This document shows positions 54,613 through 64,000 of a stretch of 64,000 nucleotides of DNA, piece by piece. The DNA lies in assembly GCA_963668355.1 (NCBI GenBank), contig OY764265.1, positions 1,088,001 through 1,152,000 of the forward strand. The letters run 5' to 3'. Both the position numbers and the translations under genes were made by a program. Each line of letters starts with the position of its first letter. The first letter of the stretch is position 1. Source of the DNA: Bdellovibrionota bacterium. Its GTDB lineage: Bacteria > Bdellovibrionota_G > JALEGL01 > DATDPG01. The notes under the pieces were generated by a model that worked only from the letters and a program-made list of their open reading frames with translations, had not been told where the DNA came from and did no database searches.

Positions 54613-55521
54613 TTAGCGTGGGGGTCGAAGCAGCCGGTCGCTCAAGCGGGCAAGTTCTTCGGAGGAGAAAAATTTGATCCGAATTTCTCCGCCCTTTCCT
54701 TTGGAGTTGATTTCAACGCGTGTTCCCAGCGTCCGTTGCAGCTCGTCCGCAATGTGTCGAAGGTTGGTGTTCCCTGAAACTCGGTCTGCCACGCGACGTG
54801 CTTTCGGCCCGTTGGCCATGGCGCGGACCAACGCCTCGACTTTTCTCACCGAAAGGCCCTCTTTTTCGATCCTCTGGGCCATGACTTCTTGGCGGCGACC
54901 CTTTTCCAACATCAACAAGGCTCGTGCGTGTCCGGCAGACAAAACGCCGACAGACAACATTTCTTGGACGGTTGATGGAAGCTGCAGAAGACGAAGCAGG
55001 TTGGTGACAGTGCTTCGCTCCTTTCCAACACGCTTGGCAATTTCGTCCTGTGTTAACCCAAATTCGTGGGCCAATCGCTGAAGCCCCTTGGCTTCTTCAA
55101 TGGGGTTAAGATTTTCACGCTGCAGGTTCTCAATGAGAGCCAGCTCAAGTCGCTCTTGATCTTTGGAGCCTTTTCGCAAAAAAACCGGAACTTCGTTCAA
55201 CCCGGCTTTTTCGGCTGCTCGAAGGCGACGCTCTCCGGCAATCAATTCAAAACCCGAGCCCAGGGGCCGAACGAGAAGAGGCTGCAAAACACCATGTGTG
55301 GCAATGGAGGCGGATAGTTCTTCCAAGGCTTTTTCAGAAAATCGTCTTCGGGGCTGGTGCGGGTTCGGACGAATGTCAGCCAGAGAAACCTGAAGAGGTT
55401 CCCCGGCGGGCGCACCTTCCGAGACAGAAAAGGATTCAGAGTTCGCTTGAGGTTTCTTTGGCAGCGGCGTTGAAATCAGTGACGAAATCCCCCGTCCCAA
55501 GACTTTCCTTCGATCGTTCAT
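54613..55521 (-). CDS. parB: Chromosome partitioning protein ParB
   Basis: LGRGISSLI, PNPHQPRRRF, GVLQP, IAGERR, IENLQRENLNPIEEA. Confidence 0.96.
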   Translation of the reverse strand: MNDRRKVLGRGISSLISTPLPKKPQANSESFSVSEGAPAGEPLQVSLADIRPNPHQPRRRFSEKALEELSASIATHGVLQPLLVRPLGSGFELIAGERRLRAAEKAGLNEVPVFLRKGSKDQERLELALIENLQRENLNPIEEAKGLQRLAHEFGLTQDEIAKRVGKERSTVTNLLRLLQLPSTVQEMLSVGVLSAGHARALLMLEKGRRQEVMAQRIEKEGLSVRKVEALVRAMANGPKARRVADRVSGNTNLRHIADELQRTLGTRVEINSKGKGGEIRIKFFSSEELARLSDRLLRPPR

Positions 55522-56296
55522 ACGTTCCTCCACATCTGGCCAAAAATTCATTGGCCAAACGTAAATAATTTTGTGCTCCGTTGGAGCGAATATCGTACAG
55601 CAATATTGGTTTTCCAAAACTCGGTGCCTCAGAGAGACGAACGTTTCGCAATATTTTTGTTTCCCATACTTTTTCTGGGAAATGCTGTTCGACTTCGTTG
55701 GCCACTTGATGCGAAAGACGATTGCGACGATCAAACATCGTGAGCACAATGCCTTCCAACTCCAGGTTAGGATTCAATTGATTTCGTACCAACTCCATTG
55801 TTCCCATGAGTCGGCTTAGGCCCTCCATGGCATAGTACTCCGCTTGGAGTGGAACCAACACGCCATGGGCGGCGCAAAAGGCATTTAACGTGAGAAGCCC
55901 CAAGGATGGAGGCGTATCGATTAAAATTACGTCGAACGTTTCTCGAAGAGGTTCCAAGGCCTTGGACAAAATCCACTCTCGCTCTTCCAACTCCAGGCCT
56001 TCGATTTCAAAACCGATGAGGTCTCCCGTAGAAGGAATGACTTTCAAAGTTTCGATTTCCGTGGGCCACACAACGTCACTGATTGCAGCTTGGCCCAGAA
56101 GAAAATGATAGACTTGTCGTTCTTCGACTTCCTGAAGCGGTAAACCCAAACCACTCGATGCGTTGGCTTGAGGATCCATATCCACCACAAGGACTTTTTT
56201 CTCCGCGACCGCTAAGGATGCAGCAAGATTTACGGCTGTGGTTGTTTTTCCTACGCCACCTTTTTGATTGGCAATCGCAATTATTTTGGCCGACAT
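55436..56296 (-). CDS. parA: Chromosome partitioning ATPase ParA/Soj
   Basis: NQKGGVGKTTT, DMDPQANA, DTPPSLG, RNVRLSEAPSFG. Confidence 0.97.
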   Translation of the reverse strand: MSAKIIAIANQKGGVGKTTTAVNLAASLAVAEKKVLVVDMDPQANASSGLGLPLQEVEERQVYHFLLGQAAISDVVWPTEIETLKVIPSTGDLIGFEIEGLELEEREWILSKALEPLRETFDVILIDTPPSLGLLTLNAFCAAHGVLVPLQAEYYAMEGLSRLMGTMELVRNQLNPNLELEGIVLTMFDRRNRLSHQVANEVEQHFPEKVWETKILRNVRLSEAPSFGKPILLYDIRSNGAQNYLRLANEFLARCGGTYERSKESLGTGDFVTDFNAAAKETSSEL

Positions 56297-56716
56297 TTAT
56301 CTGCTTCCTTTTTCACGTTCGCGCGTCAGTGCGTTTTCCAAAATCCGAACATACCCCTCAAGTTCTGAAACTTCGATGTTGCGTTGCTTTAATGCATTCT
56401 CTTTTTCTTTCAATCGAAGATCTTTTTCCGCCATTAGTTTGTCGTGCATCATTAAGTAGTGATGCAGAGCTTTGCTGCTAAAATCCAAAAGCCCCTGAAG
56501 GCTCGAGGGCGTTTGACCCGACGCCGTTTCTGGAAAATCAAAAGAAGAGGCTGCAACGGCTGAGGTCATGGGTTCAGATCTTTCATCCTCTTCAAACACG
56601 TACCAACTGCGCCCAAATTTCCGTCCGTAAAGCCGACCCCTTTGAACATTCCTTCGAATGGTAGAGGCTGCCTGGCCGGTCTTTTCGGAATACTCTCTTA
56701 TGGAACACCAACTCAT
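56297..56716 (-). CDS. MerR/excisionase-like winged-HTH protein with C-terminal coiled coil
   Basis: W.SIREYSEKTG.A.STIRR.V.RG.L..RK.GRSWYV; LMAEKD..LKEKE...EVSELE..VRILE. Confidence 0.75.
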   Translation of the reverse strand: MSWCSIREYSEKTGQAASTIRRNVQRGRLYGRKFGRSWYVFEEDERSEPMTSAVAASSFDFPETASGQTPSSLQGLLDFSSKALHHYLMMHDKLMAEKDLRLKEKENALKQRNIEVSELEGYVRILENALTREREKGSR

Positions 56717-56728
56717 CGCTCATGTTGT

Positions 56729-58654
56729 TTATATCTGAGCGCTACGTGGCGCGCCATTCTTTTTTTCTTCTTTGGTTTCAGCGGGTTGTTCTTTTTTTCT
56801 TGAACGATACTTGCGCAGATAAACGCTCAAAACGCCGATGGCTGCGGGCGTGACGCCCGACACGCGAGAGGCCTGCCCGAGCGTTCTAGGTTGGACCTCC
56901 ATGAGCTTTTCTCTCACCTCGTTGGATAGATTTGGGACTTCTAAAAAAGAGAAGCCTTCTGGAAAAACTTCGCCTTCCTCCCGACGCGTTCGCTCGAAAT
57001 CACCTTTTGCCCGCTCAATATAGCCGGCGTACTTCAAACCAATCTCCACCTGCTCTCCGACCTCCGACGACACACCATTTATGCTCGCACCGAATTCTTG
57101 GAGATCGACAAACTTTACCTCGGGTCTTTTCAGAAAGTCCGCCAAGGTCGTGGGCTTTTTCAGCGTGGCCCATCCTTTTTGATTTAACTTGGCTTGTACC
57201 TCGGGCGCCGGCGTCAAGGCCGATGACGTCAAGAGATCTTGAATGCGCTCGATTTCGGCCATTTTGGATTCAAACGCCGTGTGGACCGATGACGAGATTA
57301 ACCCCAAGCTCCACCCATGTGGGTGGAGTCGTTGATCCGCATTGTCTTCTCGTAAATGCAGCCGATGCTCCGCGCGAGACGTGAACATGCGATAGGGCTC
57401 GCGCGTTCCCTTGGTCACCAGATCATCAATCAACACGCCAATATAAGCTTCTCCTCGAAGCAAGACAAAGGGATCGGCCCCCCCAAGCAATCGGACCGCG
57501 TTCACCCCCGCCATGAGACCCTGTGCAGCGGCTTCCTCATATCCGGTGGTGCCGTTGATTTGACCCGCAAAAAACAAACCTGGAACCTTTTTCGTTTCCA
57601 ACCAAGGCCGGAGCTCCGTCGGATCTACATAGTCATACTCAATGGCATATCCCGGTCGCATGATTTCAACCTGCTCCAGGCCAGCAATCGTTCGAAGAAA
57701 TTCCAGCTGTACGCGATGGGGCAAGGAGTTTGAAAGTCCGTTTGGATAAAATTCGCGGGTCTCAAGTCCCTCCGGCTCCAGAAAAACTTGGTGTCTTTCT
57801 TTGTCTGCAAAGCGAACGATTTTGGTTTCGATGCTTGGACAATAACGCGGGCCCGCGCCGCAGATCTCTCCGCCGTACATGGAGGATTCCTTAAGATTTC
57901 GCGCAATCACCTCATGGGTCTTTTCGTTCGTATATGTAATGAAGCAGGAGACCTGTCTTTGTCGGGGCAGGTGATGGAAAAACGAAAACCTTGGAATGGG
58001 GCTATCTCCTGACTGCTCTTCTAACTCTTTGAAATTAATTGTTTTTTCGTCGATTCGTGGGACCGTCCCGGTCTTCAATCGGCCCATTCGAAAGCCCCTC
58101 TCGGCCAAGCACCGACTCAGGCCAACGGAGGGTTCGTCGCCGGATCGTCCCGCAGGCTCTCGGTGTCGACCGATGTGGATCATGCCATTTAAGAAGGTTC
58201 CCGTTGTGAGAATGGTGGCCCCTGCACGAATCTCTTCTCCCAGCCCGGTTAAAACCCCAACACATTGATTTTGTTGGAAAATTAGCTCTTCCGCGTGGCC
58301 TTGTTTCACGTGAAGCATCGGCTCCGACTCCACGGCTGCTTTCATATAGCGACTATATAATTGCTTGTCGGCCTGCGCCCTGGAGGAGCGAACTGCTGGG
58401 CCCTTACGCATATTGAGCCTTCTAAATTGAATCCCCGTCGCATCGATGGCCTTTCCCATTTCTCCGCCCAAGGCATCCACTTCCTTGACCAATTGGCCCT
58501 TGGCCAGACCACCAATCGCGGGATTACAGGACATGTGGCCGATTCGATCCAAGTTCGTGCTCAGCAAGCACACTCTGGCCCCTATCCGGGCCGCGGCCAA
58601 AGAAGCCTCAATGCCCGCATGTCCTCCGCCAATCACTAAAACATCGTATGTCAT
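56729..58654 (-). CDS. mnmG: tRNA modification enzyme MnmG (GidA)
   Basis: [47 protein letters not shown]. Confidence 0.98.
   Translation of the reverse strand: MTYDVLVIGGGHAGIEASLAAARIGARVCLLSTNLDRIGHMSCNPAIGGLAKGQLVKEVDALGGEMGKAIDATGIQFRRLNMRKGPAVRSSRAQADKQLYSRYMKAAVESEPMLHVKQGHAEELIFQQNQCVGVLTGLGEEIRAGATILTTGTFLNGMIHIGRHREPAGRSGDEPSVGLSRCLAERGFRMGRLKTGTVPRIDEKTINFKELEEQSGDSPIPRFSFFHHLPRQRQVSCFITYTNEKTHEVIARNLKESSMYGGEICGAGPRYCPSIETKIVRFADKERHQVFLEPEGLETREFYPNGLSNSLPHRVQLEFLRTIAGLEQVEIMRPGYAIEYDYVDPTELRPWLETKKVPGLFFAGQINGTTGYEEAAAQGLMAGVNAVRLLGGADPFVLLRGEAYIGVLIDDLVTKGTREPYRMFTSRAEHRLHLREDNADQRLHPHGWSLGLISSSVHTAFESKMAEIERIQDLLTSSALTPAPEVQAKLNQKGWATLKKPTTLADFLKRPEVKFVDLQEFGASINGVSSEVGEQVEIGLKYAGYIERAKGDFERTRREEGEVFPEGFSFLEVPNLSNEVREKLMEVQPRTLGQASRVSGVTPAAIGVLSVYLRKYRSRKKEQPAETKEEKKNGAPRSAQI
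58302..58317. promoter_or_regulatory. parS site inside mnmG
   Basis: TGTTTCACGTGAAGCA, 15/16 to the consensus TGTTTCACGTGAAACA. Confidence 0.7.
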
Positions 58655-59394
58655 CGAATCCTGGATTTTGCCTTGTAGTATTTCTTTCGTACAGCCACGG
58701 CTGGGTAGACCATGCACTCCGGAGCCAAAAGAACGCCTGGGTTTAACACAGAATTGCAGCCCGTTTCCACCCGGTCTCCGATGATGGCCCCCATTTTTCG
58801 CAGGCCGGTATGTATCACAGAATCTTGGATTCGCAAGACCACCTCGTCATTTGTCATTTTAAGATTCGATACCTTGGTCCCTGCGCCCAAATTGACGCCG
58901 TTTCCCAGAATGGAGTCCCCCACGTAGGCAAAGTGCGCGGCCTTAGCTTCATTCAGGAAAATGGAACTTTTGACTTCGGTCGCATGACCAATGACCGCAC
59001 CTCTTCCCGTGATGACACCCCCTCGGATATAGGCCCCATGACGAACCGTGGTCTTGGGCCCCAAGATCGTAGGACCTGTAACATAGGCTCCTGGCTCAAT
59101 TTCAACCCCCTCTCGAAGCTCAATGTCGTTGCCCACCAAATAGCTTCCCGAACGAACCCAGGCTTCGCCCTTCAGGCATTTCACCCTCTGCGTTTCGGTG
59201 ACAAAGCCGTCCTCGCTTCGAGAAACGCCCTCAACGTTTGCCTTCATCCGGTTTTGAATCCAAGCCTCTTTCCGCTTAGAAGCCAAAAGCTCCCAAGGAA
59301 ACTCGGCCTCTTGAAAAAAGTCTGAAAACCACACCTCTTCCAGAGAAAAGAAGTGTTCCGCACCCAATGTTTCACGTGAAACCATTTTCTTCAC
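58651..59394 (-). CDS. Left-handed beta-helix acyltransferase (GlmU / G1P-thymidylyltransferase C-terminal-like; start uncertain)
   Basis: Hexapeptide repeats; [39 protein letters not shown]. Confidence 0.85.
   Translation of the reverse strand: MKKMVSRETLGAEHFFSLEEVWFSDFFQEAEFPWELLASKRKEAWIQNRMKANVEGVSRSEDGFVTETQRVKCLKGEAWVRSGSYLVGNDIELREGVEIEPGAYVTGPTILGPKTTVRHGAYIRGGVITGRGAVIGHATEVKSSIFLNEAKAAHFAYVGDSILGNGVNLGAGTKVSNLKMTNDEVVLRIQDSVIHTGLRKMGAIIGDRVETGCNSVLNPGVLLAPECMVYPAVAVRKKYYKAKSRIR
59368..59383. promoter_or_regulatory. parS site
   Basis: TGTTTCACGTGAAACC, 15/16 to the consensus, near parAB and the origin. Confidence 0.85.
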
Positions 59395-59398
59395 CTTC

Positions 59399-60763
59399 CT
59401 ATTTTCCTATGCAAAATCGAGAAAACACCTCGTCCAAAACCGCCTCGGAGCTTTCTTTGGATCCCAAGATCTCCGTGACCCTCCTCAAAGCCTCCTGCAA
59501 TTCAAACGCAACAAATTCACTCGATGCCTGTTCAGAAATCCGTTTTTCGGCCCTTTGAATGGCCTCCTGGGCTTTCGCTAAACACTCGATGTGTCGGCTA
59601 TTGCTAACCCCCCCACAGCTTTCTTCCGGCATCGCCTGGGTCACCCGTTTGGCCAGCTCTTGTTTCAACTCTGATAGGCCCGATCCTGTTTTGGCCGAGA
59701 CAAACGTCGCCTCTCCTTTGGGGCTTCCCGCCTCGGCCAGATCGGCTTTGTTCCAAACTCGAAGAAACTCCCTTCCTTGAAGGGCCGCCTCTATTTGTTG
59801 GTCTTCAGGCCTCGTCCCTTCGTGCGCATCCAGAATGAGGAGTGTTAAATCTGCCTCGGCGGCTTCTTGCCTCGATCGCGCGACGCCCACCCCCTCAATG
59901 GGATCCTGGCTTTCCTCTCGAATCCCCGCTGTGTCGATCAGGCGAACCGAACGCCCCAAAATCTGGATCTCCTCTCTCAAAACATCCCGTGTTGTTCCTG
60001 GAACAGAGGTGACAATGGCGCGATCGCTCTCGAGCAAACGATTAAACAAAGACGATTTTCCCACGTTCGGCCGACCGACCAAAACGATTCGAAAACCGGA
60101 AGAGAGGCGCTGGCTCACATCGTACGATGCCTGCGAATCTCTTATAAGTAGTTGAATTTGCTTGATTTTTTCTTTCTTTTGAGTTTCTGAAATGAGATCC
60201 AGGTTTTCGTCTGAAAAGTCGATTTCGGCTTCGATTTCAGCCAAAAGCCCTACGAGAAGAGTCCGAAGCTTCTCCATTTGAGAAGAAAGGCCTCCCTGGA
60301 GGCGTCTTCTGGCCGCGGTAGCCTCGAGTGAGCTGTTGGCTTCAATGAGTTCGGCCACGGCTTCTGCTTGAACGAGATCCAGCTTTCCATTCAAAAAAGC
60401 ACGCTGCGTAAATTCGCCGCCACGAGCTAGGCGAGCGCCTTCCTTTAAACAGCGAGAGACGATCGAATCCAAGACCACGGGGGAACCATGGCCATAAAAC
60501 TCAACGGAGTCTTCCCCTGTGTAAGAGCGGGGCTGGGTAAAGTGAACGAGGTATCCCTCGTCAATCATCTCTCCCCCCTCGTCCACCACGTGTCCAAAAA
60601 TGAGTTTCTGTGGTTCGGGCGTTTCTCCGGAGACGTTTCTTCGCGATCGAAACACACGCTCGGCAATCCGATGAGCCTCCTGACCTGACAAACGAACCAC
60701 GCCGATGCCTCCTCTTCCTGGGGCAGAGGCTATGGCCACAATCGTATCTTGGCTCCCAATCAC
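59399..60763 (-). CDS. mnmE: tRNA modification GTPase MnmE (TrmE)
   Basis: GEFT.RAFLNGK, GRPNVGKSS, GTTRD, DTAG, C-terminal FCIGK. Confidence 0.98.
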   Translation of the reverse strand: MIGSQDTIVAIASAPGRGGIGVVRLSGQEAHRIAERVFRSRRNVSGETPEPQKLIFGHVVDEGGEMIDEGYLVHFTQPRSYTGEDSVEFYGHGSPVVLDSIVSRCLKEGARLARGGEFTQRAFLNGKLDLVQAEAVAELIEANSSLEATAARRRLQGGLSSQMEKLRTLLVGLLAEIEAEIDFSDENLDLISETQKKEKIKQIQLLIRDSQASYDVSQRLSSGFRIVLVGRPNVGKSSLFNRLLESDRAIVTSVPGTTRDVLREEIQILGRSVRLIDTAGIREESQDPIEGVGVARSRQEAAEADLTLLILDAHEGTRPEDQQIEAALQGREFLRVWNKADLAEAGSPKGEATFVSAKTGSGLSELKQELAKRVTQAMPEESCGGVSNSRHIECLAKAQEAIQRAEKRISEQASSEFVAFELQEALRRVTEILGSKESSEAVLDEVFSRFCIGK

Positions 60764-60865
60764 GCCCGCTCTTTACCCTCTTTTCTGGGAGAAGAAAACT
60801 CCAAGAAAACGTCCTTCCAAAAGCGAACGGAAGCGCTCTTTACGACTTAAAGACTTGATTCGATG

Positions 60866-61744
60866 TTATTCTTCGGAACCGTCGTATTCAACGGGCGTAT
60901 CTTGGCGATCGGCCAAGACCGGTGCATCTGGATCTTCAGAAAAAAGCTCAAAGCCCGGCTCGGGTGGAGCATCGAAGGAGTCTGTCATGCGACCACTGAT
61001 CACATTCCCATCCTTGCGATTTCCGTTTCGGTTCCCATTGTTCCCGCCGCGTCTTCGATGGTCGCTTCGACGATTGTCATTTCTTCTTCCGCCTCTACGC
61101 CCTCGACCGCCTTGATCACTTCGTCCTCGTTTGGGATACACCACGACTTTTCGTTCAGGACCTTGGCCCACGCTCTTGGTCGTTACATGGGGATGATCTA
61201 CCAAAGCCATGTGAATGATTCTTCTTTCCAAGGCGTTCATGGGCCCCGCGCCGGCAGGTCGTCGTTCCTTGCGCGCGCGATCGGCAAGTTTGTGTGCCAA
61301 GTCTTCCAACGACTCTTTTCGTCTCGCGCGATAATTTTCCGCGTCCAACGTCAGTCGCTTTCCTTCCTTGCGATCCAGGCCCAACATTTTTCCAACCAAA
61401 TGCTGAAGGGCTTGAAGGGTGTTTCCATGTTTTCCAATCAATAGCCCTGCATTGTCTCCGATGATTTCCAATTGGACTTCAGACTCATCTTCGACCAAAT
61501 CCACCTGAGTTTCCTCGTCAATGTGGCGAACAATGTTTTCCAAAATCTCTTTGGCTTCCGCGCCAACGTTGGTTTGAACTTCTTCAACCTCTTCTTCTTC
61601 TCGTTTGCGCGCTCGAATCTTAGTTGTTTTTCCCTCGTCGAGCGTTTCAAAAAACAAATAACTTCGTGTTGTGTTCAAGGCATTGCAAGCACGTTCGATC
61701 GCTTCATCTTTATTGCTTCCTTCGATCTCGATCCACTCTTCCAT
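60866..61744 (-). CDS. jag: Jag/KhpB (EloR) RNA-binding protein
   Basis: LLIGKHGNTL.ALQ KH motif, PMNALERRIIH R3H motif; RG/N-rich tail. Confidence 0.93.
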   Translation of the reverse strand: MEEWIEIEGSNKDEAIERACNALNTTRSYLFFETLDEGKTTKIRARKREEEEVEEVQTNVGAEAKEILENIVRHIDEETQVDLVEDESEVQLEIIGDNAGLLIGKHGNTLQALQHLVGKMLGLDRKEGKRLTLDAENYRARRKESLEDLAHKLADRARKERRPAGAGPMNALERRIIHMALVDHPHVTTKSVGQGPERKVVVYPKRGRSDQGGRGRRGGRRNDNRRSDHRRRGGNNGNRNGNRKDGNVISGRMTDSFDAPPEPGFELFSEDPDAPVLADRQDTPVEYDGSEE

Positions 61745-61767
61745 GTCTTTTTCCTTTGTTATTGCGG

Positions 61768-63435
61768 TCAAGCACTCGCCGTCATCTTTGGCTTAGATCC
61801 GATGGTCGGCGTTGCTTTCCGTTGAATCAACCATTGCTGCACAATCCCCCAAAGCGTGCTGACGAAAATATAAAGATTCAATCCAGCCGGGAGCATTACC
61901 ATAAGTCCAGCAAACATCACAGGCATCAGTTTCATGATTTTTTGCTGTGCGGGATCGGCTCCGGGTGTTGGGGTTAGTTGTTGCTGAAGAAACATCACCA
62001 CCCCTAAAAGCACAGGTAAAATAAAGTACGGGTCGTGCTCAGAAAGGTCGTGAATCCAGCCCACAAACGGGGCATGTCGAAGCTCAATCGAATTGTACAA
62101 CACACGATAGAGCGCAAAGAAAATGGGCATTTGAGGAAGAATCAGCAGACACCCGCCCATGGGATTCACCTTATGGGTGCGCATATACGTCATCATTTCC
62201 CGCTGATATCTTTCCTTGTCGTCCGCATACTTCTCGCGCAGCGCATCCAGCTGCGGTTTATGCTCCTGCATCTTCTTCATGGAGCGGGCTTGCATTTGCG
62301 TAAGCGGGAACATCAGCAGCCTGACCAGAACGGTCAGCAAAATGATGGCCACCCCGTAATTGGGAATATGGCTGTGCAACCATCGCAAAAACAGGAGGAT
62401 TGGCCGGGCAATCGGCCCCAGCCAGTCGCCCAAGTCGATCGCGCGATCCAGGGTGCTTCCGGCGGAGCGCAGGAGGCCAATGTCTTTCGGTCCGGCAAAA
62501 AGGCTGATCTTCAGGCGCAGCTTCTCTCCGGACTTCACTTCCCTGGGCAAATACTTCATGGCCAGAGCCAGGGTGTCTGGTTGTTCGGGGTCTTCCTTGG
62601 ACGGAGTTCCTGTGGCGACAACCTCACTCCAGCGCCCTTCTTCGGGTTTCGCCGTAAGCAAAAAGTATCTGGAATCAAATCCTGCCCAGGCAATGTCTCC
62701 TTTGGGAATCTCTTCGTTTTCCAAAACTTCTTTGGGCTCAAGACGAACGGCTTTTTCGTTCACAAACGCCACGACATGAAAGGGATCTCCCGGATTAAAA
62801 AGCCCGCGGGCTTTTCCGCCCTTTCCGTTGGACTCAATATGAGCCGAAAGTTGAAGTTGTTGGGTTTGAGCCCCTTGATTTTCGATCTCCAACACATGCT
62901 CGATGGAATAGTTGTCTTCCGTCCACCGATAGGTCTTGCGAATGTTTAGACCTTCTGGCGTCTTCCGACGGAAAGCCACCTGCATTTCATCCCCTCGCTC
63001 AAATTGATAGACCGCCGACCCATCTTCATGCAGCGCTTGGTTGGATCGAATCGACCATTCGACCGGAGGGCTTCCACCGCCGCGAAAAGGAACCACCTTC
63101 ACCCGAGGTGAGTCGGATTTTTGCTCCACGGCGTACTCTTTTAACGACAAGGTTTCCAAGGCTCCGGCTCGGTTGGTCCAAACCATCTTGGCCAGCGGGG
63201 TTTCGCGTGTCTTTTTTTCGGCTGGTAGCGCTTTGGAGGTCTCCATGCCTACCGAGGGGGCGGGCGTAATCGAAGCGGTCGGAGGGGTGGGCGCCTCGCT
63301 CGAAACCACGCGCTCGGGTTGAGGCGCTGCGGGCTTCGATTGGGGCGCTGGCTTGGGAACAAAATACTCAAACCATATATAGATAAAGCCAATGATGAGT
63401 GCGATCGCAAGAAGCGAACGTTTTTGGTCGTCCAT
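61768..63435 (-). CDS. yidC: Membrane protein insertase YidC
   Basis: AGPK, NYGVAIILLT, NPMGGCL, ELRHAPF..WI.DLS.HDP. Confidence 0.97.
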   Translation of the reverse strand: MDDQKRSLLAIALIIGFIYIWFEYFVPKPAPQSKPAAPQPERVVSSEAPTPPTASITPAPSVGMETSKALPAEKKTRETPLAKMVWTNRAGALETLSLKEYAVEQKSDSPRVKVVPFRGGGSPPVEWSIRSNQALHEDGSAVYQFERGDEMQVAFRRKTPEGLNIRKTYRWTEDNYSIEHVLEIENQGAQTQQLQLSAHIESNGKGGKARGLFNPGDPFHVVAFVNEKAVRLEPKEVLENEEIPKGDIAWAGFDSRYFLLTAKPEEGRWSEVVATGTPSKEDPEQPDTLALAMKYLPREVKSGEKLRLKISLFAGPKDIGLLRSAGSTLDRAIDLGDWLGPIARPILLFLRWLHSHIPNYGVAIILLTVLVRLLMFPLTQMQARSMKKMQEHKPQLDALREKYADDKERYQREMMTYMRTHKVNPMGGCLLILPQMPIFFALYRVLYNSIELRHAPFVGWIHDLSEHDPYFILPVLLGVVMFLQQQLTPTPGADPAQQKIMKLMPVMFAGLMVMLPAGLNLYIFVSTLWGIVQQWLIQRKATPTIGSKPKMTASA

Positions 63436-63437
63436 GC

Positions 63438-63650
63438 TTAGTTCTCCCTCGATCCATCCACAGGATCATACCCCCCAGGGTGAAGGGGGTGACATCTCAA
63501 AATTCGTCTCAGCGCCATCCAACTCCCTGAAAACAGGCCATGTTTTTCAATCGCTTCTTCCGCATAATGGGAGCAGCTAGGATAGAACCGGCAGCGCGGA
63601 CCCAGAAAGGGCGAAATTCCACGTCGATAAAGCTGAAAGAGCCATTTCAT
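63438..63650 (-). CDS. yidD: Membrane protein insertion efficiency factor YidD
   Basis: [29 protein letters not shown]. Confidence 0.95.
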   Translation of the reverse strand: MKWLFQLYRRGISPFLGPRCRFYPSCSHYAEEAIEKHGLFSGSWMALRRILRCHPLHPGGYDPVDGSREN

Positions 63651-64000
63651 CGAAGGGCCTTTTTCCACAAACGGGTGAGTTCTCCGGGAATCTCGTTGGG
63701 CGGGGGTCCTTGAACCGAGCGTTTGACCGTAACCACCCAATCATGGCGGTTAGTCAATTCTCCGCTCAGTTTCCGAAACCGTTCCCGAACCACACGTTTC
63801 CATCGGTTCCGAACCACGGCATTTCCTGTTTTTTTTGTCACGACCAAGCCCAAACGATCCACGCTGGAACCGTTGGGCAAATGCACGAGTAGCATGTGTC
63901 GGCTGTGGTGTCGCACACCCTTCGCCTGACACCGAAGAAAGTCCCCTCGCGCGCGCATCCGCGCGAAAGGGGGAAGCCCTTCCGCTTGTTTTCGTGTGGT
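63647..64000 (-). CDS. rnpA: Ribonuclease P protein (5' end beyond window)
   Basis: [24 protein letters not shown]; frame stays open to the window edge. Confidence 0.93.
   Translation of the reverse strand, partial: TTRKQAEGLPPFARMRARGDFLRCQAKGVRHHSRHMLLVHLPNGSSVDRLGLVVTKKTGNAVVRNRWKRVVRERFRKLSGELTNRHDWVVTVKRSVQGPPPNEIPGELTRLWKKALR

Noticed and set aside
62035..62949. 304-aa + strand ORF and other long antisense ORFs
   Set aside because: They are shadow frames opposite well-supported genes such as yidC.
63661..63669. DnaA box-like TTTTCCACA
   Set aside because: A single one-mismatch hit inside coding sequence; oriC probably lies beyond the right edge.

Overview
This is a bacterial chromosome segment immediately next to the replication origin. 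The right end runs rnpA (partial)-yidD-yidC-jag-mnmE-[LbH acyltransferase]-mnmG-[HTH]-parA-parB-bactofilin-atpF'FHAGDC and carries two parS sites. The gene order (split ATP synthase after parAB-bactofilin; yceD-rpmF-acpP-fabF-rpiB-glyA-ribDE-ribBA-ribH-nusB) points to a deltaproteobacteria-type lineage such as Bdellovibrionota or Myxococcota; this is inference only. Most of the window is housekeeping: prkA-yeaH-spoVR, pfk, dnaE, guaAB, gltA. An accessory stretch follows tRNA-Asn (about 34.1-41.2 kb). No CRISPR array, rRNA, transposase, integrase or reverse transcriptase is visible. The most unusual signals are non-coding. (1) Two intergenic elements (22092-22290 and 44230-44359) have long closing stems of unrelated sequence but share the same three core motifs. 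(2) A tRNA-3'-half-derived mini element and GGYTTAA heptamer arrays bracket an (alpha/alpha)-toroid lipoprotein gene. Coding oddities: a RacA-like HTH/coiled-coil gene sits where rsmG normally lies, a DUF1704 protein has a destroyed HExxxH motif, ablB is paired with a symporter but no ablA, and a sigma54-type promoter precedes an outer-membrane barrel/lipoprotein pair. All family calls come from motif recognition by eye; no searches were run.
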